Shown: positions 52,501 through 61,022 of the stretch, piece by piece
Layout of the letters: each line of letters opens with the position of its first letter
How positions within the stretch are numbered: position 1 is the first letter of the stretch
Assembly: GCA_964524845.1 (NCBI GenBank)
Contig: CAZGFX010000002.1
Coordinates: forward strand, 85,389 to 149,388
Reading direction: 5' to 3'
From: an uncultured Gammaproteobacteria bacterium
Lineage (GTDB): Bacteria > Patescibacteriota > Patescibacteriia > CAZGFX01
DNA length: 64,000 nucleotides
Program-made: the position numbers and the translations under genes
Notes under the pieces: model-generated
Seen by the model: only the letters and a program-made list of their open reading frames with translations
Told to the model about the DNA's origin: nothing
Database searches by the model: none

Positions 52501-53716
52501 CGCCAACATCAAGATTCTGAGAATAATTTCCTACAGAACCGATGCGGGCACTTCCAAGTAAGGTGCTACCATCAATAATAGACATTTCATTGCCTCTTAT
52601 TGGAAATGTTCCACGAACAGTACCACCAGAAATAGTGATGCCTGTAGCAGACTCAATTCCGAGCGCAATTGTACCATTATTATTACCTGCCTCTACAATG
52701 TCAGCAGCTAGATAAACAGTAGTTGTCTGACCGGCAGTCAATGCGATAGGATCGCTTGTGAAGTTAATAGTTGCATAACCATTATACAAGCTTACCGTAC
52801 CACCATGACGGTTGTTGTTTGAATCAAGAATTTTGACACCTTCAAGTATATTATCACTTGATACGCCATATCTCTTGATTGTAACTCCAGTCAAGTTTAC
52901 CGCAGTGCTTGCGCCGTTGGTAACGTTGATTGCAGTCATTTTAAAGTTACCAGCTCCATCAGGTACAGTCATAGAAGCTGGAGTGCTTGAAGCCAATGAG
53001 AATGTGATATCTCCTGAAATAACTGGAGAACCACCACCTGTTGGATAATCCAACAAAGTAGTCTCAAGGCCTGTGATAGAAGTACCGATATTGAATGCAG
53101 ATACTGCGCCAGCAGTAACTTCATGTACAAACTCGTTTCTGAACATGTTTGCAGTGAATGCAGACTCAGAAGCGAATGGGCGGCGTTTGCTACCCTCAAT
53201 ATAGTACTTAGTACCATCTACTTTTATCAATTGACCGGTTGGGAACTGGTTCACCGTAGAAATTGCGGTGCCGGTATGATAAGTAGCGGCGAATGTATTC
53301 GGATTAATATCTTTGATCCACTGATTCCAGTTTGATCCGAATAATGAAGCTGCGATTGTTTCAGAGCCGACGTGGCGAATTGAAGCGCCATTCTCGACTG
53401 CATAGGTCTCGGAAAAATCCGGAACCTTAACCATCCAAGTACCAGAGCGAACGCCCATAGTACCAGCTAGATGGAATGCAGCGAAGTCAGCATCAGAAAC
53501 AGTCTGCACAGCATCGAAATTTTCATATCGAGAAAAGAACTCGACTTGTGAAGGGAAAGTGTACAAACCATTGTTTCCGCCTACGAAATATACGGTCGTT
53601 GAAGATGCTTTCTTAACGAGAGCTCCTTCATTGTAAGTAGCTGCTGCTACATCTGTGTAGATGAGAAGCGATGCCACTACCGTGAACAAGGCAAAAACTT
53701 TTCTGAATTTACTCAT
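49526..53716 (-). CDS. large secreted Thr/Ser/Ala/Gly-rich surface protein (putative S-layer or adhesin-like)
   Basis: 1396 aa; signal peptide MSKFRKVFALFTVVASLLIYTDVAAA; N-terminal pair of about 85-aa repeats, then long low-complexity region; no LPXTG. Gene is much more GC-rich than surroundings. Confidence 0.7.
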   Translation of the reverse strand: MSKFRKVFALFTVVASLLIYTDVAAATYNEGALVKKASSTTVYFVGGNNGLYTFPSQVEFFSRYENFDAVQTVSDADFAAFHLAGTMGVRSGTWMVKVPDFSETYAVENGASIRHVGSETIAASLFGSNWNQWIKDINPNTFAATYHTGTAISTVNQFPTGQLIKVDGTKYYIEGSKRRPFASESAFTANMFRNEFVHEVTAGAVSAFNIGTSITGLETTLLDYPTGGGSPVISGDITFSLASSTPASMTVPDGAGNFKMTAINVTNGASTAVNLTGVTIKRYGVSSDNILEGVKILDSNNNRHGGTVSLYNGYATINFTSDPIALTAGQTTTVYLAADIVEAGNNNGTIALGIESATGITISGGTVRGTFPIRGNEMSIIDGSTLLGSARIGSVGNYSQNLDVGDTGEVIAQFKIFEVTNEQIAIDRIVLTNRGTATASDIQNIKVYNESTGALIGSVSSLNVNNQAVITTTGLSMAEGNTVTLTVKADVIGGTSRTLQLVVEQAEDITLRGLETGVSFLPKVDTSNDTTFPIGDKITSSSDNISLHNINQGTQSLGLSPSSPSNKVAAGSNQTIGVYDFVAAGEDTEVRVIYVGYATDGTAGTNRNLDTAGLWDGNNNSIASSVSNVNVPKGSIAANTYYVVKYTLSPYLTIPAGQTKQVKLVAQLKSESSDSTHFPINSQIKGVLNGWEVKLLSSNLNQTNGSTSVGAGVSLHTSGVPANTLSVEDSSMNIAIDNSLPSTTIVTGSTAAPLAQFVLSTAAAEGANVSNFTIGTRTAGNTFPTGANTNAFAGNKISNVMLYKWSGSAWVKIGDTQSTPASSPTFSVSGELNLAANASVQIRVVGSIASSGVSDNASLRLTAAATGVAVPSNKSLTAAATDLQIMTMSTTGGLLSFSYDPTSAVSSSIIVASQTMANLADFKFTSNLVEGAKISKIVMGGLNFDKNITRVYLYDGATKIGEQPLQYNSTSARYEASFSGLTVSVEKGSSKVLTVKADAAAIQALATNAAATQLIAPVIFDIDSVGLVSNLSQEVAGTLTAADTFLPNGTQSSVSGQFIYSTGATAGVTYPAYGITTNVADFNGGTVIFNSAAGTTTWSSAYRISRLGLADNTSTNAEVVYEPGDLVFVADTVGTASTGFAVVTNAAGVAIGAALSTLTTAPTIGDTAYGTAGVYVINMTENAAGTAGALYTNAKHAIRVHRADDVVAVMTSTMSNTTLAPQANQMIGKYSIKADGGRDLTMTQITFTISGSNGPFSSFDGDIVPACSGVTITNCKVTGYVLKDSSDVAIPATLTATVSSQTVQFALTSAITITQGNSKEFRLYANTSNIKMDGANAPAPVQSNVTLSSRLEGSAGPFPATAGPVPYSYISAFDNSTTVNSTFSPSLPVLGAVTTY

Positions 53717-53871
53717 GATATATTTTACACTAAATTAATATTGCGATATTACAGATGTACGTACAAAAAGCACGAGACATCATACGCAGTATTTCCCTAA
53801 TCTATTATTAGACCAGGGATAAACGACACAAACAGTGATAGAATACAATATGTCGTCTACCCTATTCCAAT

Positions 53872-55032
53872 TTATTTGTTTTCATCCTGTGAAGTCACCG
53901 ACGCATCCTTATTTACAGGAGTGTCTTTTACCAACTCTCTTCCATAATCATCAAATCTTTGTCGTGTCCGTTCAGCGTTAAAGATCGCCTGTAACTTCTG
54001 TATTTCGTTTATTGAATCACTGAACTTATCGGTCGCTACATGTGCCTCAATACTCTTTTTGGTCTCTTCTACTTGTTGATCTAGAAGTCTGTAATGTTTC
54101 TGTTCTTCCAATAAATTATTATATCGCACCTGCTCTTCGAAAGAATCAATATATAAAAACTCATTTCCAATAATAATATTTCGTTTTATTTCTTTCGTAT
54201 ATATATCCATAAGTTCTCCCAATACTTCTATAATACGATCTGATATATCCTTCTTTGTAAGAACATCCGGACTTATATTACCGGCTTCAAAATTCATAAC
54301 AAGATCTTTGAATACGGAAAAACTCAATGTATCGAGATCGTTTTGTGCATCATCGATTACATTGTTATGATTGGTATCAATTGACTTGATATCCATGTTT
54401 TTAAGAGTTTCTGATATTTCTCCAGCAGTATTCTGAACTGTTTGTGATAATGTGAAATAACGAGTGTTTTTCTGATCTTGAGAATCGCTTTTTGTCGCAT
54501 TCGCATCCTGTTTAACAACGTCTAGAAGTTCACGAGCAGAAACAACTTCTGCTTTTGCAGTTGTTACTGTCTTTTTTATTGCGATCAAATTGCTTCCCGC
54601 ATCACGTTCTGCTAGTTTTTGTGCCTCAACTATACGTCTTGATGCATATTTGAGACGAAGCTCAGCCTCTGCATTCGGTGATGTGGTTACCATAAGAGAC
54701 ACCTTCTCTTTCATTATTTTAATTGGATAAAGAGTATCACCAGGTACAGTATCATCAGCGCTTGCTAGAAAGACTCCTCCCGAAAGCATTACCACGCACG
54801 CCACAGCTATACTTCTCGATAAAACAGAAGTTAGACCGCGTTGAGTATAAAGAAGTGATAAATGAACTAGGTTGTCCAAACGAACACGAGTATTGTCACC
54901 CGTTTGAATACGATGTACATCATGTGCACGAATATGCGCATTAATTTTATCACGGCATGAATATCTAAAACTAAGAGATGGTTTTATCTCTTTCAAATGC
55001 TTAAGTATTCTTGCTGTAACAAAATTATTCAT
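53872..55032 (-). CDS. putative membrane-anchored anti-sigma factor
   Basis: Start moved to ATG at 55032, 13 bp after the ECF sigma stop; one TM (SIAVACVVMLSGGVFLASA), extracytoplasmic coiled-coil-rich domain. Assignment by position and topology. Confidence 0.5.
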   Translation of the reverse strand: MNNFVTARILKHLKEIKPSLSFRYSCRDKINAHIRAHDVHRIQTGDNTRVRLDNLVHLSLLYTQRGLTSVLSRSIAVACVVMLSGGVFLASADDTVPGDTLYPIKIMKEKVSLMVTTSPNAEAELRLKYASRRIVEAQKLAERDAGSNLIAIKKTVTTAKAEVVSARELLDVVKQDANATKSDSQDQKNTRYFTLSQTVQNTAGEISETLKNMDIKSIDTNHNNVIDDAQNDLDTLSFSVFKDLVMNFEAGNISPDVLTKKDISDRIIEVLGELMDIYTKEIKRNIIIGNEFLYIDSFEEQVRYNNLLEEQKHYRLLDQQVEETKKSIEAHVATDKFSDSINEIQKLQAIFNAERTRQRFDDYGRELVKDTPVNKDASVTSQDENK

Positions 55033-55045
55033 TATACAAAAACTG

Positions 55046-55606
55046 TTAATTAATAGGATGATCCTTAAGTGCACGCCGCAATGCTTGTTGCGCTCTCGAT
55101 ACAAGAACCCGAACAGCTCCTGTTGTTTTATCAAGTGCTCGAGCCATATCGCCAATACTCATATCATTAACAAACTTCATTATCAATACTTCTCGATACT
55201 CATCTTTGATCTTCGACATGAGATTATCAAGCTTCTCAATATCGATTTTTATATCTATAAGTATTTCCACATCATTATCAGAAGCAACAAAAGTGTCCTC
55301 ATCATCAATATCAATATGTGTTTCCGTCTGATGTTTGTTTCGAAAAAAATCAATGACCAGATTTCGAGCCGTTCGATAAAAAAGTGCTCTTATATTATCA
55401 ACATTCTTTTCTGATGTAACAATATAATCTAACACCTTAATAAAAGTCTCACTAGTCAAATCCTCGGCATTACTATCGTGTCTTACCTTGAAAAAAACAT
55501 AACGGTATATCTCGTCAAGATACTTGTCATACAGTTTTCCGTACACCTCAGTACGTCCAGACCGTATTTGGAGCACATAAATCTGATCCTGTGCCTCATT
55601 AAACAT
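55046..55606 (-). CDS. RNA polymerase sigma factor, ECF subfamily
   Basis: 186 aa; region 2 (YDKYLDEIYRYVFFKVRHDSNAEDLTSETFIKV) and region 4 (MSIGDMARALDKTTGAVRVLVSRAQQALRRAL). Confidence 0.8.
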   Translation of the reverse strand: MFNEAQDQIYVLQIRSGRTEVYGKLYDKYLDEIYRYVFFKVRHDSNAEDLTSETFIKVLDYIVTSEKNVDNIRALFYRTARNLVIDFFRNKHQTETHIDIDDEDTFVASDNDVEILIDIKIDIEKLDNLMSKIKDEYREVLIMKFVNDMSIGDMARALDKTTGAVRVLVSRAQQALRRALKDHPIN

Positions 55607-55789
55607 ACCGTTCTCGTTATATATGACGATTAAGTGGAGAAAATGTTACAGTTTTGTCACATTTTCATCCTGATTAACATAGATTGACTTGGGGTATTAA
55701 AAAACCCTATACAACTCAATTGGTACAAAAATACAATAAAAACTTGCTTAGTGTATAGGGAAATATCGGGAAAAGTTAAATAGATTATC

Positions 55790-56875
55790 TCATAACGTTA
55801 TTGAGTTTTCAAGTGTTTTATCCCCTCTTTTAACTTTTATTTTTACAATATCACCTTTTTTGTATGTTCCTAAAATTTCACCAATATCGTATTTTTTATC
55901 AATTAATATGTTATCTATTGATATAATTATATCTCCCTTAATCAAATCGAATTGTTGAATATTATTTTTATTCAGATTTGACTGTTTCTTTCCTCCAACA
56001 GAAACAACATAGGCTCCATTCTTTTCTCCGTTAAAGAGTTTGTTTAAATTGTCTTTTTCACCTGCTATAAAAGATATATCAAGACAAGACGCATTTAACA
56101 CCGTTCTTTGAACAAAAGATTTATTCTTTAGAAAATGGCTCACAGTTAGCTCTATATAATCACTTGGAATTATAGTGTCATTTTTATCACCTTTTATTCC
56201 TATTACCAGACCGTTTTTATTGACAATTGGGGTGCCCGGTGAAATATTTGTTATTAATTCACCAACATATCTATCATTTACTTTATCAGAGGTATAAGGA
56301 TTAATTGTATGAGCTGACTGTCGTTCTCTTAAAGAAACGGTATCTATTGCCATATCTTCGAAAACAAACTTAAGGGCATAATAAACGTCACCTTCTACAA
56401 AAGAGTCGGCATTTGCTATCTGTATAGGATTACTTGAGGTGTTATCAATTTTTATAATGAAAAGACCTGTCAATGGATCTTCGTGTGTCTCTAGAATTGG
56501 GAGTATTGTTCTATCAGGAGTAATAATAACCGCATCACGAATCTTGTCTGTTTTATATGATGTCACGAGCCAGCCATCTGACGTCGCCGCAACAGCATAT
56601 CCCATAATATCGGTTCTATCATATAAACTGCCTGTTTTTTTCGGAAGTGCGATTCCAAAAAGTGCATTATTGTTTTTCTCTTTCAGGTTTTTTGTCGAAA
56701 AACGAACCTCTTGTTCACTCAAAACAAAAGGGCGCAAATCCACAGGCTGTTGAATAGCCGTGCCAGCAATATTTTTTATAATCGGAAGAAATGTCTCGTG
56801 ATAAAGAAAAAGACCTCCGACAATACCAACAAAAAGAACCACACACACTATAATAATAAAAGAGAAAATACGCAT
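55790..56875 (-). CDS. membrane-anchored HtrA/DegS-like protein with PDZ-like C-terminus, probably catalytically inactive
   Basis: N-terminal TM; trypsin-like region where the expected TNNHV and GNSGG motifs read TSYKT and SPGTP; C-terminal GAYVVSVGG...GDIIISIDN...GDIVKIKVKRG resembles PDZ. By-eye alignment. Confidence 0.4.
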   Translation of the reverse strand: MRIFSFIIIVCVVLFVGIVGGLFLYHETFLPIIKNIAGTAIQQPVDLRPFVLSEQEVRFSTKNLKEKNNNALFGIALPKKTGSLYDRTDIMGYAVAATSDGWLVTSYKTDKIRDAVIITPDRTILPILETHEDPLTGLFIIKIDNTSSNPIQIANADSFVEGDVYYALKFVFEDMAIDTVSLRERQSAHTINPYTSDKVNDRYVGELITNISPGTPIVNKNGLVIGIKGDKNDTIIPSDYIELTVSHFLKNKSFVQRTVLNASCLDISFIAGEKDNLNKLFNGEKNGAYVVSVGGKKQSNLNKNNIQQFDLIKGDIIISIDNILIDKKYDIGEILGTYKKGDIVKIKVKRGDKTLENSITL

Positions 56876-56916
56876 ATAATTTTTTACGTTAAGATAATTA
56901 AACCGTGTTTTTCACG

Positions 56917-57684
56917 TCAGATCCATCGTGCCGTAAGAAAAACGAGAAGCATTACAAACAAAGTAACGGCGACTATCCTTCGTAAATCGGATCTAAGATA
57001 ATTTTGTGGATTAAGAATATAATAAAACACCTGTATACTTGTATATACTATTATGAATGCCATGAAGGCCTGCACATAAAAAGTAACAGAAGTATATGCG
57101 ATAATCGCCATCATTTGAAGCGTAATAACAGTACCTGATATCACAAACACACGTGCATTATGATATAATACTCTCCGTATCCAAAAACAAAAATAATAGA
57201 AAAATACCACTACAACAATAGAGATTCCGAGCATAAGAGTCAAAGAAATTGTTGTTTTGAGTAAAATACTATAAACCGAAATAAAATATATATACATTCC
57301 TATAAACGCTGTATAACTTAGAATTGAAACAGTTCTATCAGGAAGCAGTGCCGGTTTTGCACGACCGTAATACAATACCTGATCGAAATACACTATGCTC
57401 CATAATAAATATACAACAAGTATTCCCCATTGACGCACAGGGTCATTCTGAAATGAGTATATATAAAACATTGAAGCCGAAACAATCACAGCGAGCCCGC
57501 CGTACAAAACAGCATGAGTCCATTCATCAAACCCAAGAAGATATATAACATATAAAAAAACAAATATCATGCTAATAAAAATAGCCCAATAATAGTATTC
57601 GGGCACATAAGCACCAATTAAAAAAGCACTTCCGACCAGAATGATCGGGACAATGTGAAGAAGTGTTTTTTTAATTATAAACAT
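56917..57684 (-). CDS. polytopic membrane protein, hypothetical
   Basis: 255 aa, about 7-8 TM helices. Confidence 0.45.
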   Translation of the reverse strand: MFIIKKTLLHIVPIILVGSAFLIGAYVPEYYYWAIFISMIFVFLYVIYLLGFDEWTHAVLYGGLAVIVSASMFYIYSFQNDPVRQWGILVVYLLWSIVYFDQVLYYGRAKPALLPDRTVSILSYTAFIGMYIYFISVYSILLKTTISLTLMLGISIVVVVFFYYFCFWIRRVLYHNARVFVISGTVITLQMMAIIAYTSVTFYVQAFMAFIIVYTSIQVFYYILNPQNYLRSDLRRIVAVTLFVMLLVFLTARWI

Positions 57685-57701
57685 GAAACAATAAAATTAA
57701 A

Positions 57702-58289
57702 TTATTTTAATAAACGTTCTGCTTCTAGTTCTATACGATCATCATAAAATATAAGAGAATTATAATTTATTTTATTAATTCCTGATGTAAGAGTTGAAAT
57801 AAATGGAGAAATTAATTTCTCAATTGTTTTTTCTATTGGGGAAGAAAAAAATGTGTCACCAGCAATAACATCTTCTACTGTAATAATCACTTTTTTATCA
57901 ACTAATTTTCCACGAAGAACAAGTGTTAGATGAGTAACTATTGGTTTTGATAAATCAGCATCAAAAACAATTGTGCCATCATTTTTTATATCAACACTAC
58001 TGTTCTTCATGCTTCCTGATTCTGTTGTGTTGTTACCGCTCTCTATCTCCTTTTTAATAAGATTTGAGATATACTCCTCTGTAATAACAAATGTTTTCTC
58101 TCCAACAATAGGGAAAGATGTTTTCCCTTGTATAAAAGATCTGAGTGAATCGTTGGAAATCAAAGGTAAAGACGATGATGTGCCACCTCCTCCGACCAAA
58201 GAGAGAATATTACTCCCATATCGTTGATACGCATAATATCCACCAAAAACGATACCAGCAAGAATAAGAAATATTACAAAAATACGCAT
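57702..58289 (-). CDS. hypothetical membrane-anchored protein
   Basis: 195 aa, N-terminal TM. Confidence 0.45.
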   Translation of the reverse strand: MRIFVIFLILAGIVFGGYYAYQRYGSNILSLVGGGGTSSSLPLISNDSLRSFIQGKTSFPIVGEKTFVITEEYISNLIKKEIESGNNTTESGSMKNSSVDIKNDGTIVFDADLSKPIVTHLTLVLRGKLVDKKVIITVEDVIAGDTFFSSPIEKTIEKLISPFISTLTSGINKINYNSLIFYDDRIELEAERLLK

Positions 58290-58292
58290 AAA

Positions 58293-58658
58293 TTATTTTT
58301 TAAGCAAATCAATTGAAGATGATATCCACTCGTTTTCTCTTTGAAGAGCGACCAGTGTATTAAAATCGTTTTTTAATCTATATTGATGAATTGCAGTTAG
58401 AAGATTCATATGAAACGATCTAAACTCTCCGGGAACGACCATAACGAGAATATTTTTTTCTTTTTTCTCAAGAGATACAGATGCACTGAGAATATCACTG
58501 ATCATTTTTTTATATTCACTAGTAGACGGGACCACATTATTAGCAATGGTTTGTGACAATGGACTATTAACGGCGCGCGGAGAATCATCTTTCCTGATTT
58601 TTTCACACCCAATAGCAATTAATGCCACAACAATAACAAAAGGTATTATTTTTTTCAT
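58293..58658 (-). CDS. putative lipoprotein
   Basis: 121 aa; signal plus lipobox-like LIAIGC. Confidence 0.45.
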   Translation of the reverse strand: MKKIIPFVIVVALIAIGCEKIRKDDSPRAVNSPLSQTIANNVVPSTSEYKKMISDILSASVSLEKKEKNILVMVVPGEFRSFHMNLLTAIHQYRLKNDFNTLVALQRENEWISSSIDLLKK

Positions 58659-58664
58659 ATATTT

Positions 58665-59645
58665 TTAATCGAATAATGACTTATATGTGTTTTTTTGACG
58701 AGAGGATTCTTCTGCCATATAAATTTCCATATGTCGAAGATAATCTAGTTCGACATCAGAATGATGGCCAATCTTCTTTCGCAATCGACGAAGCTCTCTT
58801 ATAAGACGATACACATACCATGACAATACAATAAGAAAAATTACTAAAATATATAAAATATAATCAGCCGCTTCAAAATTAATACCATATCTTGACTCAG
58901 CTTCAAATGTTTTTGTAATTATAGAGAGCGAATTAATTGTAAATATAGGAGATTTAAAATCATGAATTCTTTCTCCTGATGCTGTAATATAATATTTTCC
59001 AGGAGGAAGCATTAGAGAAAACAATCCGTCTGAATCAGTCTCTAATGGATTTGATTGAAAAAAACTTCTAGAATCCCACACGCCCCACTCATTAATCGGA
59101 AAATTAAATGAATATATGGTCACTTTTGCTTTAGAAACGGGATAAATATTATCTTCGCTTGTTTTCGTAACAATATTAGAAGAAGGATCAATACTAACTG
59201 GCACATCTACATTATAATATATACCACTCACATCAAGAAAACTTACGGAAAACGTATATTCACCAGATGGAAGATTATAAACAAATGTTCCTTCATAAAT
59301 ACCATCTAAATTTTTGTCATCTAGAAGTGTTTTTGTTTGATTTGTTGTTACAAATACTGAGGTAACATTATATTCTGGGGCCACACTTACGGAATATTCT
59401 ACGCCGTTCATTAACATAAGCCGATCGTTTCCCGTAAGATCAAATAAAATATTTTTTCCTTTTATTCCAATCGTGAACCCATAATCTTTCACGAGTTTTT
59501 GAAGTGCCGTGACACCATCAGAAGAACCCACACCAACAAAAGTATCGGCGGCACGAACATAAGTATAAGAAAAAACAGATGCGAGCAAGCACCCTATAAA
59601 TACAGCCAAAACCCATTGTAAAACAGATTGTATACGACCCATCAT
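58665..59645 (-). CDS. hypothetical secreted/membrane protein with Ig-like/carboxypeptidase-regulatory-like region
   Basis: 326 aa; N-terminal signal, C-terminal TM followed by basic tail. Confidence 0.45.
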   Translation of the reverse strand: MMGRIQSVLQWVLAVFIGCLLASVFSYTYVRAADTFVGVGSSDGVTALQKLVKDYGFTIGIKGKNILFDLTGNDRLMLMNGVEYSVSVAPEYNVTSVFVTTNQTKTLLDDKNLDGIYEGTFVYNLPSGEYTFSVSFLDVSGIYYNVDVPVSIDPSSNIVTKTSEDNIYPVSKAKVTIYSFNFPINEWGVWDSRSFFQSNPLETDSDGLFSLMLPPGKYYITASGERIHDFKSPIFTINSLSIITKTFEAESRYGINFEAADYILYILVIFLIVLSWYVYRLIRELRRLRKKIGHHSDVELDYLRHMEIYMAEESSRQKNTYKSLFD

Positions 59646-59764
59646 CTCCTCATAATAATCGAGTACATGGTACTACAAACAGCTTTGTTTGTAAAATACA
59701 AAGATGATAAAAATTATAATTTTAAACAATTGAATTTTTGTGTAATAATCAGTATAGTGTAGAC

Positions 59765-60232
59765 ATGAAAAACATAACAATTCTCGCCATTGGCAAACTC
59801 AAAGAACCATATTCAAAAGACGCAATTATTGAATATAATAAACGTCTACGACCATTCGTGCAAATTAATATTATTGAGCTTCCTTCTTTCCCATTTAAAA
59901 AAGAAGGAGAGAAAAATATTTCAATTAAAAAAGAAAACGACTATATAAATGAGGCCTTGAAACGATTTGATGATTGTTTTGTTGTGGCCTTAGATAAAAA
60001 AGGCAAACAATTATCATCTGAGACATTCGCATCATTCCTCGAAAAAGAGAAAAGAGATGTTATTTTTATTATAGGAGGAGCACTTGGTTTGAATGATGAG
60101 ATAAGGAAAAAAGCACACCTAATTCTTTCTCTCTCAGACATGACATTCACCCACGAAATGTCCCGAGTACTGCTCATGGAACAAATCTACAGAGCAACTA
60201 TGATTAACAATAACAGAGATTATCATTATTGA
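59765..60232 (+). CDS. rlmH: 23S rRNA (pseudouridine1915-N3)-methyltransferase RlmH
   Basis: SPOUT-family pattern MKNITILAIGKLKEPY...IFIIGGALGLNDE...; start moved to ATG at 59765 (track start is TTG at 59738). Confidence 0.85.
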   Translation: MKNITILAIGKLKEPYSKDAIIEYNKRLRPFVQINIIELPSFPFKKEGEKNISIKKENDYINEALKRFDDCFVVALDKKGKQLSSETFASFLEKEKRDVIFIIGGALGLNDEIRKKAHLILSLSDMTFTHEMSRVLLMEQIYRATMINNNRDYHY

Positions 60233-60261
60233 TTGTAGTGATAAAAATAGTAGAAATTTAA

Positions 60262-60289
60262 AAACACCACGAGTATGTGGTGTTTTTAA
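60262..60289. terminator. bidirectional terminator between rlmH and tRNA-Ser
   Basis: Hairpin ACACCAC-GAGTAT-GTGGTGT with flanking A-run and T-run. Confidence 0.55.
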
Positions 60290-60291
60290 AA

Positions 60292-60382
60292 TGGAGGAGG
60301 AAGAGGGATTCGAACCCTCGACACGTTTATCACGTGTGACGGTTTTCAAGACCGTTGCCTTAAACCACTCAGCCATTCCTCC
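60292..60382 (-). tRNA. tRNA-Ser (anticodon UGA), long variable arm, CCA encoded
   Basis: Minus-strand GGAGGAATGGCTGAGTGGTTTAAGGCAACGGTCTTGAAAACCGTC...GAGGGTTCGAATCCCTCTTCCTCCTCCA; anticodon loop CTTGAAA; close to canonical bacterial tRNA-Ser(UGA). Confidence 0.85.
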
Positions 60383-60449
60383 CCAAAAAGATAACGAGCA
60401 GAAAGAGTATACCTAAAATAACCGTTTTTTCAATCTGCGTGTTAATAAA

Positions 60450-60683
60450 TCACTCTATAGAATAAGTATATTCACCGCTTTTTAAAAACTGGTGATATTG
60501 ATCAAATATTCGCTGTCCGGCATCAAGTTTTCCAACATCAAGGGCGTCTTCTCTAGTAAAAAAATCAAGTGTACTCTGAACCTCTTCTGTTTGTTCTCCG
60601 TCTTTGGAAATAATAAGCGTATATCCGACTTTCTTACTGTCTTCTATTTTTCGTTCGATTACTTTTATTGTTATATGAGGCAT
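60450..60683 (-). CDS. hypothetical small protein
   Basis: 77 aa, non-repetitive charged sequence between two tRNA genes; no recognisable motif. Confidence 0.4.
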   Translation of the reverse strand: MPHITIKVIERKIEDSKKVGYTLIISKDGEQTEEVQSTLDFFTREDALDVGKLDAGQRIFDQYHQFLKSGEYTYSIE

Positions 60684-60760
60684 ACATAAAGAATAATAAT
60701 AGGAAATCGCTTGAAAAGCAAGGAATAATGTTATATGATATGCCTGTTTTTATACACAAT

Positions 60761-60835
60761 GGTCCCATCGTCTAAGGGCTAGGACACTACCCTCTCACGG
60801 TAGTAATCGGGGTTCGAATCCCCGTGGGATCACCA
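60761..60835 (+). tRNA. tRNA-Glu (anticodon CUC), CCA encoded
   Basis: GGTCCCATCGTCTAAGGGCTAGGACACTACCCTCTCACGGTAGTAATCGGGGTTCGAATCCCCGTGGGATCACCA; clover-leaf checks out by hand; very similar to canonical bacterial tRNA-Glu except the anticodon. Confidence 0.85.
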
Positions 60836-60839
60836 TTCG

Positions 60840-60916
60840 ATCGTCGCTTCGCTCCTCACTCATGGCGGGGCCATTCTTTCTATATAATCGTCGCTTCGCT
60901 CCTCACTCATGGCGGG
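60840..60916. repeat. two perfect 30-bp direct repeats 47 bp apart, just 3' of tRNA-Glu
   Basis: ATCGTCGCTTCGCTCCTCACTCATGGCGGG at 60840-60869 and 60887-60916; region is much more GC-rich than flanks. Confidence 0.8.
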
Positions 60917-60988
60917 TCACGTCGCTTGCGAGTAACGTGACGGGGCCACTCGGTCAACCCCCGCAAAGCGGGATCCCGCCTTGCGGGA

Positions 60989-61022
60989 ATTGTCACCTCG
61001 AATCTGCATTGTCACCTCGAAC
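60989..61022. repeat. two tandem ATTGTCACCTCGAA units, same family as the 48823-49046 array
   Basis: ATTGTCACCTCGAATCTGC / ATTGTCACCTCGAACGAAAGTG followed by hairpin CCTGAC-GCAT-GTCAGG (61032-61047), echoing the hairpin at 49022-49042. Confidence 0.7.

Noticed and set aside
49526-53716. Numerous internal and antisense track ORFs within the surface-protein gene (e.g. 49681-49938, 50871-51068, 51321-51572, 52969-53217), and the idea that its high GC marks horizontal transfer
   Set aside because: All lie within one continuous 1396-aa frame with signal peptide; the high GC is explained by Ala/Gly/Thr/Ser/Val codon content, so composition alone is not evidence for transfer.
53872-55155. Long form of the anti-sigma ORF starting at 55155
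   Set aside because: That start overlaps the ECF sigma gene by about 110 bp in another frame; the in-frame ATG at 55032 lies 13 bp after the sigma stop and was preferred.
60840-60916. Possible mini-CRISPR from the two 30-bp direct repeats
   Set aside because: Only two repeats with a 17-bp intervening sequence, shorter than any CRISPR spacer; no cas genes in the window.
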